A DNA stretch of 64,000 nucleotides from Gemmatimonadota bacterium (GTDB lineage Bacteria > Gemmatimonadota > Gemmatimonadetes > Gemmatimonadales > GWC2-71-9). The number at the start of each line of letters is the position of its first letter. The stretch's first letter is position 1. Below, piece by piece: positions 8,765 to 18,385 of the stretch. The notes under the pieces are model-generated. The model worked only from the letters and a program-made list of their open reading frames with translations, was not told the origin of the DNA and ran no database searches. Both the position numbers and the translations under genes were made by a program. The stretch spans positions 128,001 through 192,000 of the forward strand of contig JBDHAB010000006.1 of the NCBI GenBank assembly GCA_039588295.1, given 5' to 3'.

Positions 8765-10519
8765 CTAGTAACGCCAACTCGTGAGATCGGCTCCGGCCGG
8801 GGCCGTCTGCTCCATGCGCGCGAGGATCTTGGGTAGGTACATGGAGTTGTACCGCAGTCGAGAAACATGGTTGGGGTTGTCGTGGTCACCGTTCCAGCAG
8901 TGCTCGGCGCGGTCTCCATAGTCGACCTCTCCGGCATAGTACGGATCGGTGGTATTCCCGAGGAACTCCTCCATGAGGTAGACGGCGTTGTTCAGATAGT
9001 AGTTGTCCATGTCACCCACGTAGATGTGAATCTTCCCGACGAGCTTCGCACCAAGAAGGTGCCAGTCACGCTCGAGGATATGGCGCAAGTCGAAATGCTG
9101 ACGCCAGTACTCTGCCACCTCGCGGTCGATCTCCCCGGTTCGTTTGTTCCACAGACGCTTGGGATAGCCGTCCTCACCCATTGGTGAATAGACGGCCTCC
9201 CAGATGTCGAACTGGTCCCCGGAGCGGCTTTTCGTTCCCAGGACCAGCTCGAGATGGTTGTAGTCGGCCAGCGTGCGATCGACCTGGCCCAGCCAGTCAC
9301 GATGTCCCGGGAGATCGACGCGCTTGAGTGCTCCTTGTCGATGGTACGCGTTGTCATCTTCGTAGATGTTGACGAGCGTGTACGCCCGGAAATCGATGGG
9401 GTCAGGGCACGCGGCAAACGTGCCGTTGTACTCGTCCGGATAAAAGACCTGTGCCGCAAGGGCTTCCCATCCGCCGGTGGAGCCGCCGTACAGGAATCGT
9501 GCCCACCCCTCCCCGAGCCCGCGAAATCGATTCTCGATGTATGGGAGGAGCTCGTAGGTGATGGCGTCGCCGTACGGGCCGAGATTCGCGGAGTTCACGG
9601 CATAGGAATCGTCGTAGTACGGATTGGCGTGTTGGACTTGGACGATCAGCATCCGCGGGTAGTCGGGGCCAATCCACTTCCGGTAGAAGTCGTACGCTTC
9701 CTGTTGTACGATGCGGTTGTAGCCGTCAACGCCGAAGCGCGCGCTATACGTGGGCTCCAGATTGGGATCCGGTGGTTCGGTGCGAAAGCCACCGAAGTCG
9801 GCGGGAAAGTGACCGTGGAAGATCGCAATGGGGTACCGGGCTTCGGGATGCTCGTCAAACCCTTCGGGCAACAACACGTGCGCGCCGAGATACATCGGGC
9901 GACCCCAGAACTCACTCAGGAGCTTGCTCTGGATTCTGATGTGCTTGACGAACTCCGTGTCGTGCGGCTCCTCGATGGGTGGCATCATGTTGTCGAGCGA
10001 GAGAGAGAGCCGTATCTCCGCTGCGGGATCGACATGCATCCAGGCGGGTTGACTGAACAGATTGCCTGGCGCGCGCTGCCATCGTTGTCCCTCACCACGA
10101 TCCATGGGGAGCTGCACAGTCTTTCCGTTCGACAAGTGGAACGTTTCGTACTTGTGCAGGACTGCCTGGATGTAGTAATCGCCGGGGGGCAGCTTGCTGA
10201 GATCGTCGAGCGGAAAACCGAACACGCCACTGCTGATCACCGCTTCGGTCCCCGGCGTCAGGCCGTGGACGTCGATTCCGAGAATCTGGGGTGCGTCGAG
10301 GCTCGACGTGACCTGAAACCGCGGCTCGGTCCGGTCGCTGGTCGACAGGATGAGAAGGACGCGTCCGTCCAGTGGTTCGCTCCCGACTGTTGGGGGGAAG
10401 GAGATGCCGAACTCGAGCCCGGTAGCAACGCGGGAGAGTGTGCTCGGCACCCAGCCGGCGAGCGCGAGAACGCCGGCCGCTGCCAAAGTCGCGAGCAGTG
10501 AACGTGAGACCATGGTCAT
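8765..10519 (-). CDS. Exported putative esterase (alpha/beta hydrolase)
   Basis: Signal peptide, GGSTGG nucleophile elbow, GDMDNY Asp, AEHC His. Confidence 0.75.
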   Translation of the reverse strand: MTMVSRSLLATLAAAGVLALAGWVPSTLSRVATGLEFGISFPPTVGSEPLDGRVLLILSTSDRTEPRFQVTSSLDAPQILGIDVHGLTPGTEAVISSGVFGFPLDDLSKLPPGDYYIQAVLHKYETFHLSNGKTVQLPMDRGEGQRWQRAPGNLFSQPAWMHVDPAAEIRLSLSLDNMMPPIEEPHDTEFVKHIRIQSKLLSEFWGRPMYLGAHVLLPEGFDEHPEARYPIAIFHGHFPADFGGFRTEPPDPNLEPTYSARFGVDGYNRIVQQEAYDFYRKWIGPDYPRMLIVQVQHANPYYDDSYAVNSANLGPYGDAITYELLPYIENRFRGLGEGWARFLYGGSTGGWEALAAQVFYPDEYNGTFAACPDPIDFRAYTLVNIYEDDNAYHRQGALKRVDLPGHRDWLGQVDRTLADYNHLELVLGTKSRSGDQFDIWEAVYSPMGEDGYPKRLWNKRTGEIDREVAEYWRQHFDLRHILERDWHLLGAKLVGKIHIYVGDMDNYYLNNAVYLMEEFLGNTTDPYYAGEVDYGDRAEHCWNGDHDNPNHVSRLRYNSMYLPKILARMEQTAPAGADLTSWRY

Positions 10520-10682
10520 TACCTCTACGAGACGTCCGTTGCAGGAGGCCGCGCGTGGCGGGGCATGCACCTGGTGGTGGGCAGCGTCACCGGCGAAGGT
10601 AGCGCTCGCGAACCGGTGCAGCTAGGCGGATCGGGGCGATGCGTGGAGACCTTCCCTTCGACGGCGCCTCGGCCCTAATTTC

Positions 10683-10784
10683 GTGACCCCACTGGATCGA
10701 ACCTTCGAGGCATTGCGGTTGCTCACGAGGGATGCCGAGCACAACGACGACTTCACGCTGCTGACAGTGCGCCGGGACGGCTGA
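10683..10784 (+). pseudogene. Possible remnant of the C-terminus of a SpoIIE/RsbU-type PP2C phosphatase
   Basis: Translates VTPLDRTFEALRLLTRDAEHNDDFTLLTVRRDG*, resembling the PP2C terminal motif DD(I/F)TLL.V.R. In-frame TAG upstream at 10623. Confidence 0.4.
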
Positions 10785-10809
10785 CGCAGCAGCTGACGCT
10801 GAGGCCCAC

Positions 10810-12330
10810 ATGACACTCGTTCTCAACGGCGACAGCCTCACGGTCGACAACCTGGTGGATGTTGCCCGCGGCAATCGCGGGGTCGAACTCCACCCCGAGG
10901 CGGAACGGCGCATTCGTGATTGCCGAGCCATGCTGAACCGTAAGCTTGCCGCAGGTGAGATCGTGTACGGCATCAACACGGGGATCGGAGAATTCTCGGA
11001 GACGTTGCTCAGTGATGACGAGGTCAAGGAGTTTCAGCGCTTTCTGATCTACAATCATGCTGCGGGGATCGGCGATCCAGCCCCCCGGGAGTACGTGCGG
11101 GCCGCGATGGTGTCCCGCATCAACGTGCTCGCGAAGGGGCGCTCCGGCCTGCGATTAGAGGCAGTACGCATCCTTGCCGAGATGCTGAACCGCAGTGTGA
11201 CACCCTATGTCTGCCAGAAGGGGTCCGTAGGGGCGAGCGGGGATTTGGCCCCGATGTCTCAGATCGCCCTGGCCGCGATTGGCGAGGGGCAAGCGTGGCT
11301 CGGAGGCGAGCTGCTTCCCGCGTCCAATGCCCTCGCTCGCGCCGGCATCGAGCCCATCGTGCTTCATGCTCGTGACGGGTTAGCGCTGATCAACGGCTCC
11401 AACTTCCTGAACGGCATGAACGCACTTCACCTGCACGACATCGATCGTTGGCTCAAGCACGCGGAGATCGCAGCGGCGATGACCCTGGAGGCGTTACATG
11501 CCAATCTCAAGCCGTACGACCGTCGGCTGCACGAGGCCCGGGGCTACCGAGGAGCAGTCCGGAGCGCCGACGCCATCATGAAGTGCATTCGGGGGAGTGC
11601 GATCCAAGCCGGTGGGAAGAAGAGGCTTCAAGATGCGTACTCGATGCGGAGCACTCCGCAGGTAGTCGGCGCTGCGCACGACGCCGTGGCTTACGCGCGC
11701 GACCAAGTAGAGATCGAGCTAAACGGGGTCGGGGACAACCCCGTCTTCTTTGTGGAGGACGATCTCGTGCTGACCGGAGCCAACTTCCAGGGGACTCCGG
11801 TATCGCTCCCGATGGAAATGGTGGGTACGGCGGTGACCATGGTATCCGTCTTGTCGGAGCGTCGACTCAACCGCCTGCTCAACCCGGCACTCTCCGTCGG
11901 TCTTCCGGCGTTTCTCACCAAGCGACCCGGCTTCCACAGCGGCATGATGCTGAGTCAGTACACTGCCGGTACCCTCATCGTGGAACAGCGTCTGCTCTCA
12001 GCACCGGCTGCGTGCGCGTCGATTCCGGCGGCGGCGGACCAAGAGGACTTCGTCAGCATGGGCATGAACACGGCAATCAAGAACGGCCAGATCCTCGCCA
12101 ATGCTCACGCTGTGCTGGGGATCGAGTTGATGGCGGCGGCGCAGGCGCTCGACTTGCGTGGCCACGGTATGGGCAGAGGCGTCGGTGCCGCCCATCGCGT
12201 GATTCGAGCACACGTCGGGCGTCTCGATGAAGACCGGCCGCTGTATCCCGATCACACGTGCATGGCGAAACTCGTCGAGTCAGGGGAGATCCTCGATGCC
12301 GTTGAAACCGAGGTCGGGCCGCTCCACTGA
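10810..12330 (+). CDS. hutH: Histidine ammonia-lyase family (MIO aromatic amino acid lyase)
   Basis: YGINTGIG, GSVGASGDLAP (ASG MIO triad), LQDAYSMR, DNP, QEDFVSMG. Confidence 0.8.
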   Translation: MTLVLNGDSLTVDNLVDVARGNRGVELHPEAERRIRDCRAMLNRKLAAGEIVYGINTGIGEFSETLLSDDEVKEFQRFLIYNHAAGIGDPAPREYVRAAMVSRINVLAKGRSGLRLEAVRILAEMLNRSVTPYVCQKGSVGASGDLAPMSQIALAAIGEGQAWLGGELLPASNALARAGIEPIVLHARDGLALINGSNFLNGMNALHLHDIDRWLKHAEIAAAMTLEALHANLKPYDRRLHEARGYRGAVRSADAIMKCIRGSAIQAGGKKRLQDAYSMRSTPQVVGAAHDAVAYARDQVEIELNGVGDNPVFFVEDDLVLTGANFQGTPVSLPMEMVGTAVTMVSVLSERRLNRLLNPALSVGLPAFLTKRPGFHSGMMLSQYTAGTLIVEQRLLSAPAACASIPAAADQEDFVSMGMNTAIKNGQILANAHAVLGIELMAAAQALDLRGHGMGRGVGAAHRVIRAHVGRLDEDRPLYPDHTCMAKLVESGEILDAVETEVGPLH

Positions 12331-12363
12331 GCCCGCACGGTGTTGTGAGGAGGAGGTGGCAGC

Positions 12364-13551
12364 ATGAACGGTGACATCCGCGCGCTCGGCCGTGCGCTCG
12401 CGCTCGGGACGCTCCTGGTTCCTTGGGCCCCGGCCGTCTGGTGTCAGACGGAGATTCCCCGTGTCACGACCGAGCCCGGCGTTCTGGGCGCACCGTTTCC
12501 CTACGCCGTACCCGAAGCCGTCGGCCTCGACGGATCGGTGATCGCTGACCTTGCAGATGAGGTGTACGGCTTCGTGCGGGACGGGAAGATCGTGGGTGGC
12601 GAGATCATGATCGTGAAAGACCGGCGAATCGTGTTGCACGAAGCAATCGGATGGAGCGATCGCGAGCGTCGCCTCCCGATGCAGCGCAACTCCATCTACC
12701 GCATTCGCTCGATGACCAAACCGTTTATCGGAACATCGATACTGTTGTTGATGGAGGAAGACCGCCTAGGGCTCGACGACCGCGTCGCGCAGCACCTCCC
12801 GTCGTTCGACAATGAGCGCTCCGGGTCGATCACGGTGCGGCAACTGCTCACGCATACGTCGGGGTTCGAGCAGGATGTGTACCCGCCAGACTACTGGGCG
12901 AGCGGCTCCCTGCAGCGTGCGGTGGACCGGGCGGGTCGCGCGGGTCCGCCCAACCCTCCGGGCGAACGATATCGATACGCCGACCTCAACTCCGGTACGC
13001 TGGGAGCGATCGTTGCCAGGCTGTCGGGCGAACTGGTTGAGGAGTTTCTCCGCAGGCGTGTCCTTGGTCCGCTGGATCTCGAGGACACACATGCGCTGTT
13101 CACCCCGGAGGTACCCTGGGCGGATCGGATGAACAGCACCTATCGGCAGCGCGGAGAGACCTGGGTCAAGTACTGGGACAACTCCATGCCGCAGCGCGCG
13201 CCCTTCTTTCGGGCGAGCGGCGGGCTGTACACCACGGTGTTCGACTACGCACGCTTCCTGGCGATGTGGATGGATCGCGGGCGTGTGGGGGATGATCGCC
13301 TGCTCTCCGAAGCCACGGTGCTGGAGGCGTTGCAGCGCGGGTCGGACGCCGATTACGGCTTGCACTGGCAGATCATGGGCGACGCTGAGGCCCCTGGGGC
13401 GCTTCCGCTCTTCGGCCACGGTGGCTCCGACGGCACCCTCGCCGTCGCGATCCCCGAACGCGACGTCATGGTGCTCTATTTCACCCAGTCTCGTGGGACG
13501 ACGACCCGTCGGGAGATCCGGGAGCCGCTCGTGGAGTTGTTCCGGCCCTAG
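12364..13551 (+). CDS. Exported serine hydrolase, beta-lactamase class C-like
   Basis: SMTK (SxxK), LLTHTSG, YRYAD, FGHGG, signal peptide. Confidence 0.85.
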   Translation: MNGDIRALGRALALGTLLVPWAPAVWCQTEIPRVTTEPGVLGAPFPYAVPEAVGLDGSVIADLADEVYGFVRDGKIVGGEIMIVKDRRIVLHEAIGWSDRERRLPMQRNSIYRIRSMTKPFIGTSILLLMEEDRLGLDDRVAQHLPSFDNERSGSITVRQLLTHTSGFEQDVYPPDYWASGSLQRAVDRAGRAGPPNPPGERYRYADLNSGTLGAIVARLSGELVEEFLRRRVLGPLDLEDTHALFTPEVPWADRMNSTYRQRGETWVKYWDNSMPQRAPFFRASGGLYTTVFDYARFLAMWMDRGRVGDDRLLSEATVLEALQRGSDADYGLHWQIMGDAEAPGALPLFGHGGSDGTLAVAIPERDVMVLYFTQSRGTTTRREIREPLVELFRP

Positions 13552-13607
13552 CACGAAGCCCGCCACTGGAGAGCGCAGCGGGCGTCCGGCCGAGGCACGG
13601 CTGCGGT

Positions 13608-15062
13608 CTACGGTGAGCCACCCCGACGCTCGCCGATCCACGCCGTCACGGCCTCGAGGAACGCCGGAGCGAACTCCTTCTTCATTGTCGCATACTCGGA
13701 GGGATTGCCGGTCTCCGAGGGCAGAAAGAGGTGGTTGACGCCTGGGATGATTCGGAGGGTCACATCCGAATTCCCGGCACGCCGCAAGGCCTCGCGCATC
13801 GGGGTTTCGTTGACCGACGGCGGTACCTGCAGGTCCCGCTCACCGAAGAGCGCCAGCACCGGCACTTGGACCTGCTCGAGGGCCGACGACGGATCGTACT
13901 CGATGAAGAACCGGAACCACGGTGAGCGCGCGCTGACGATCTGTTGCTGCACCGCCATCGCCACGTACTGGTCCACGTCGCTGATGTTTCGACGTTGGTC
14001 CGGAGGCAGTCTGTCGAAGCTGGCACGGATTTGCGCGTCCAGTCGCCGTTCCACCTCATCCCAGCCCGCATCGGTTCTGATTGCGGTGAAGATGTGCTCC
14101 TGCATGGCCCGCTGGTCGGCGATCTCCTGCTCCGTTGCTCCGTTGGCCCGCAGAATGAGCTCCCCCTGGGCGTAGAGGATTTCCTCGCCTGTCACTGCGG
14201 TTCCCGCGAGCATCACGATGAAGCGAACGTCGGAGGATCGTGCCGCGGCCATAGCGGCCACGATTGCGCCCTCGCTGTGACCGATGAGACCGATCGCGCT
14301 CTCGTCGATGTCGGCACGCTCCCTGAGGAGGCCGACCCCGGCCAGCGCATCGCGGGCGAAGTCATCGGACGTGGCGGTGCCGACGTTGCCGCTCGAACCG
14401 CCCACCCCTCGGTCGTCGTATCGCAACACCGCGATTCCGTGCCGGGTCAAGTGGTCAGCGATGATGCGGAACGGTTTGAAGCCGAACAGCTCCTCGTCGC
14501 GGTTCTGTGGCCCGCTGCCAGTGATCATCACGACCGCGGGGTGCGGTCCACCGCCCTCGGGGAGGCTGAGCGTCCCGGCAAGCGTGACCTCCCCATTGGC
14601 GAATCGCACCTCTTCCTCGAGATACGGCAGCGGCTCTCCGGCGGGAGTCGCCTCCGAAGGTGCCGGTTCCGCTCCGGCGCGGCCGAGCCAGAAGGTCCCA
14701 CTGACGCCGGCCTGGGTGAACGAGCCGTCGATCCGCTCGCCATCCTGCCGGCCGTCGAACACCGCGAGCCCCGGACCCGCCGGAAGCTCGAAATGCACCA
14801 CCGGCGGATCGACCCGTACGGCGGTCAGCGGCAGCCCGAACGCGTTCTGCTGTGGGATGTCGATCTTCGCCGATACCGCGGTGTCGACCCGGTCAAAGGC
14901 CACGATAATGTCCAGCGTCTGACCGAGAATCTCAATTGCACCTTCCCACTTGCCGGCGATCGGCTCTTGCGCCTGCGCGCCGCCGGCGAGTGCGTGGGCC
15001 ATGACTACGAGGAGCGTCGGCCAGGTACGCTGTCGTCTGCGAGACTGGGTCGTGCGGTCCAT
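13608..15062 (-). CDS. Exported alpha/beta hydrolase (serine aminopeptidase S33/S9-like)
   Basis: GSGPQNRDE, RYDDRGVGGS, GHSEG, GERDLQV, VNHLF. Confidence 0.85.
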   Translation of the reverse strand: MDRTTQSRRRQRTWPTLLVVMAHALAGGAQAQEPIAGKWEGAIEILGQTLDIIVAFDRVDTAVSAKIDIPQQNAFGLPLTAVRVDPPVVHFELPAGPGLAVFDGRQDGERIDGSFTQAGVSGTFWLGRAGAEPAPSEATPAGEPLPYLEEEVRFANGEVTLAGTLSLPEGGGPHPAVVMITGSGPQNRDEELFGFKPFRIIADHLTRHGIAVLRYDDRGVGGSSGNVGTATSDDFARDALAGVGLLRERADIDESAIGLIGHSEGAIVAAMAAARSSDVRFIVMLAGTAVTGEEILYAQGELILRANGATEQEIADQRAMQEHIFTAIRTDAGWDEVERRLDAQIRASFDRLPPDQRRNISDVDQYVAMAVQQQIVSARSPWFRFFIEYDPSSALEQVQVPVLALFGERDLQVPPSVNETPMREALRRAGNSDVTLRIIPGVNHLFLPSETGNPSEYATMKKEFAPAFLEAVTAWIGERRGGSP

Positions 15063-15066
15063 GGTA

Positions 15067-15387
15067 TCACTCCGGTTCGATCTGGACGGCGCCGCCGTAG
15101 GCGAGGATCTCTGATGCCGCTCCCATGATATACGAGGTGGCGAAACGCACGCTGACGATGGCGTTTGCACCGAGGCTTTCCGCTTCCTTCACCATCCGGT
15201 CGATGGCTTGCTCCCGTGCCTCGCCCATCATCTTCGTGTATTCCTCGATCTCCCCACCCACGATGTTCTTGAGACCTGCCAAAATGTCGCGGCCGAGATG
15301 CCGCGCTCGGATCGTATTGCCGCGCACGAGCCCGACAGTCTTGACGATTCGATGGCCGGCAATAGTCGGAGAAGGTGTGACGATCAT
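15067..15387 (-). CDS. YbjQ / UPF0145 family protein
   Basis: GLVRGNTIRARHLGRD, VGGEIEEY, GANAIV, AYG.AV. Confidence 0.9.
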   Translation of the reverse strand: MIVTPSPTIAGHRIVKTVGLVRGNTIRARHLGRDILAGLKNIVGGEIEEYTKMMGEAREQAIDRMVKEAESLGANAIVSVRFATSYIMGAASEILAYGGAVQIEPE

Positions 15388-15848
15388 CGTACCACGTCCT
15401 TGTAGGGATCAGCTTGCCTAGTAAAGAGCTTCTCGCGGATCACTGATATTAGCAGGATGACCACCCCGACGATCACGGCAAGGATGGCGACCTTGATGAA
15501 CATCGGGAGTTCCGGATCGCCGAACATGCTCTTGATTCCCGTCCACAAGCCATAGGATATCAAGACCACTGCTCCCAGCGATGCGAGAATCCACCCGACG
15601 CCGCGCTCGAGGCGCCGGTAGACCCCACCCCAATATCGGTCCCAGACCTCCTCTGAGGGTCGTCGCAAAGCCATGTCGCTCGTCACCTCCTTTAACCGCG
15701 CGAGTTGCAGCCACTCGGTCTCGAGCGCAGCATCGGCCTGGAGCAGGCGGTCCAGCTCCGTGCGATCCTGCGCCGTGATCTCTCCATCCAGCGCCGCCAT
15801 CATGAGACGGCGAGTCCTCTCGTCGCGTGGCGGTTCGCCCTGATTCAT
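15384..15848 (-). CDS. Putative membrane anti-sigma factor
   Basis: N-terminal LMMAALDGEI helix typical of anti-sigma domains, two transmembrane helices, 4-bp overlap with the ECF sigma gene. Confidence 0.7.
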   Translation of the reverse strand: MNQGEPPRDERTRRLMMAALDGEITAQDRTELDRLLQADAALETEWLQLARLKEVTSDMALRRPSEEVWDRYWGGVYRRLERGVGWILASLGAVVLISYGLWTGIKSMFGDPELPMFIKVAILAVIVGVVILLISVIREKLFTRQADPYKDVVR

Positions 15849-16432
15849 CGGTCCTCCCCGAGAGCCGCCGCCAGGGACTTCCTGGCACTGTACAGCCGCG
15901 ACATCACCGTGCCGATCGGAATTCCCAGGAGTTCGGCGATCTCGCGGTACCGCAGCTCCTCGAACTCCCGCAGTACCAGCACCTCACGTTCCCGTTCCGG
16001 TAGTACGTCGATGGCCCGTTCCAGGCGGCCCCGCAGGTCGGCGCGCTCGGCCAGGCGCGCCGGATCGCCGGCTCGCGCGCGATCCCTGATGTCCTCCACG
16101 AGCCATGGTGTCGCGGCCTCGAGCCTGGTGCGCCGGGTCCTGCGATCGCGCAGAAAATTGAAACACAGGCGTCGCAAGATCTGGTACAGCCACGGATAGA
16201 AGGGCCGCTCCGGATCGAGCCGCTGCCGGGCGTTGAAGGCGCGTGCGAATGCCTCCTGCGAGAGGTCCAGCGCGTCGTCGTGGGAGCCCACGAGCCCGAG
16301 GGCGGCGAAGTAGGCCCTGCGCATGTACCGTGCGACGAGCTCGCCGAACGCGTGCGCGTCACCGCGCTGCGCCGACTGCACGAGCTGGTGCTCTCCGGTG
16401 AACTGGTCAGCTGCCAGAGCGACCTCCAACAC
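15845..16432 (-). CDS. ECF sigma-70 family RNA polymerase sigma factor
   Basis: Region 2 (AFGELV, DLSQEAF, FYPWLYQI) and region 4 (LRYREIAELLGIPIGTVMSRL). Start uncertain (GTG 16432 with GGAGG, or 16456). Confidence 0.9.
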   Translation of the reverse strand: MLEVALAADQFTGEHQLVQSAQRGDAHAFGELVARYMRRAYFAALGLVGSHDDALDLSQEAFARAFNARQRLDPERPFYPWLYQILRRLCFNFLRDRRTRRTRLEAATPWLVEDIRDRARAGDPARLAERADLRGRLERAIDVLPEREREVLVLREFEELRYREIAELLGIPIGTVMSRLYSARKSLAAALGEDR

Positions 16433-16660
16433 GACCCTCCGTCCGCCATGTGGCAACGCTCATAAGGAGATACACGGCGCCGGTCGAGTTATTCATGGGC
16501 CCAAGGGTGACGCTGGTGAAACCACCAATGGTACCTGGCGTAAGGTGGGGTCAAGTTCCCAAAACCGGTACCGGCGCACCCCGGTGTGTCGCCCTGAGGA
16601 GGCTGCGTGAGCTACAGGTCCCTTGGGGAGCGACCCGGGTCGATCGCTCCCCACAACAGC

Positions 16661-17143
16661 CTACTGGCCCCGCCGCTGCGCGGCCATCCGTTCCTTGGCT
16701 TCCGGCGTCAGCTCCCACAACACATTGATGATCACCCAGTGGTCATCGACCTTACCGATGTGGAGGTAGTCGATCCAATCGGATGCGATGATCTTCACGC
16801 TCGACGTGTTGCCGTAGATGTCGAGGATCGTCACTTCGCTGCGTCGCCGATCTTCCGGGATCGACTGGCCGCCCCCCGCCGCGGTGCCCTGGACGAGCTG
16901 GGTGGCCGTCATGTTGTGGACCGCTGTCTTGCCATCGGGGCCGACGGCAACGATGCGCTTGGCCAGATTGGGGTGCAGCGCGCGTTTCATCCGCTCGGCG
17001 TTACCCGCGTAGTATCCATCGATATAGTCGAGCGCCGTTTGCCGAATCGCCGTGGAATCGGCCGCCGTCTGCGCCATCAGGTTAGCAGGGGCCAGCATGG
17101 CCACCGCAAGCGACACGACTGCGATCCGAGACTTGACTGACAT
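16661..17143 (-). CDS. Exported NTF2-like / putative lumazine-binding domain protein
   Basis: Signal peptide, ALDYIDGYY, RMKRALHP, WIDYLHI, W.IINVLW. Confidence 0.75.
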   Translation of the reverse strand: MSVKSRIAVVSLAVAMLAPANLMAQTAADSTAIRQTALDYIDGYYAGNAERMKRALHPNLAKRIVAVGPDGKTAVHNMTATQLVQGTAAGGGQSIPEDRRRSEVTILDIYGNTSSVKIIASDWIDYLHIGKVDDHWVIINVLWELTPEAKERMAAQRRGQ

Positions 17144-17200
17144 GCACGCACCTTCCTTTCCGTTCCCTGTTGGCAGGCTCTCGACCGAAGTGAGGACGCG

Positions 17201-18385
17201 CTAGAAGTAGACCCGACCTCGGAGAAAGCCACCTTGGTTGTCGGTGCCGAATTCAGTTCCCTCCCCGCCGATGGTGAGCACGCCATTGAACACGACGTCG
17301 ACGTTCTCGGCAAAGGCGTATGCTACTGAGGGGATGAGTACCAGACTTCCGTCCCCGGCGTTCCCAAGGACGGACATCCCCACGTGCCACAGCTGGCCCA
17401 GGGGCCGGCTCCCCGAGGCGTAGAACATGGCCGTTCCGAGTGAGCGACTCGAACCGGCGAGACGACTGAGCCACGACTCAACGGGATACGGATTCTGCGA
17501 CTGCCCCCTCCCGTTGTAGTACCCTTCGACGAGCACCAGCGTCCCGTCCGTAAAGGAATAGTTCCCGCCGAGCGTGATCTCGGCCCACCGCCGGTTCGCG
17601 TGATCGGACCAGATGCCCTCGGCCCAGATGCCCAGACCGAGGAGCTCGCCGGAGACATCGCCCCCAACCGTGACGCGTTGCTCCAGCGGATCGGGATCGA
17701 TGCCGAGACCGGCTGGCACCAGTGCCTCGTGGGTCACCGCCGCCAGCGCTGAGAGATCGAAGCCAGCGACGTGATGCCGCGCTCGGATGAGCTTCCCGCT
17801 CGTGTCGAACGCGCCGTCGGGGACGAAGGCCACCATCACATCGCTCAGGGATCCGAGCGATAGCGTCGTGGAGAGGGCACCTACGCCCTCGCGTTCGTAG
17901 GTCGGCTCGAAGAGGTCCTTGGGCCGGAAGAGTTCCGTGGGGTTGAACGCCCAGGCAGCGCCCCATGTTAGGTATTGCTTTCCGACGGTGAGCTGGACGG
18001 GTCCGGGTTGGAACCGGACGTATGCGTGGTTGAGGAAGTGCTGATGGTCGAGCGTGATCACGGCCGAGTCGATATCCGAGGCCAAGTTCGCCGGGAGCAG
18101 GTCGCGCACGTCGATCTCGGTGTCACCGCGGTACAGTTGGAAGACGACGGCGGCCGTGCCGAACGTGCCCCTACCGGCCCGCGCGTCCAGGTCCACGCGA
18201 AACCGGTCGTAGTCGAGCTGACGCCAAGCGTCGGCGGTGTGGTTGACGGCGAACTGGTGCTCGAAGTAGCCCCGAGCGCGGAATTCCTGTTGCGCCTGCA
18301 GCTGTGACGACGTGACCACGGCAGCGAGCGCGACCGGCCAAATACCGTGCCGGCCCACCCGGCAGCCCTGGAGCCATCCGGTCAC
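17201..18385 (-). CDS. Putative outer-membrane beta-barrel protein associated with the LolCDE-like operon
   Basis: GTGA overlap with the upstream gene, amphipathic strands, GKQ.L.WG...FNPT motif, C-terminal RVYF beta-signal. Confidence 0.65.
   Translation of the reverse strand: MTGWLQGCRVGRHGIWPVALAAVVTSSQLQAQQEFRARGYFEHQFAVNHTADAWRQLDYDRFRVDLDARAGRGTFGTAAVVFQLYRGDTEIDVRDLLPANLASDIDSAVITLDHQHFLNHAYVRFQPGPVQLTVGKQYLTWGAAWAFNPTELFRPKDLFEPTYEREGVGALSTTLSLGSLSDVMVAFVPDGAFDTSGKLIRARHHVAGFDLSALAAVTHEALVPAGLGIDPDPLEQRVTVGGDVSGELLGLGIWAEGIWSDHANRRWAEITLGGNYSFTDGTLVLVEGYYNGRGQSQNPYPVESWLSRLAGSSRSLGTAMFYASGSRPLGQLWHVGMSVLGNAGDGSLVLIPSVAYAFAENVDVVFNGVLTIGGEGTEFGTDNQGGFLRGRVYF

Noticed and set aside
9254..10501. 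415-aa plus-strand ORF (likewise 24243-25625, 32423-33787, 52372-53829)
   Set aside because: Long antisense frames are expected in high-GC coding DNA; they have no motifs and lie opposite well-supported genes.
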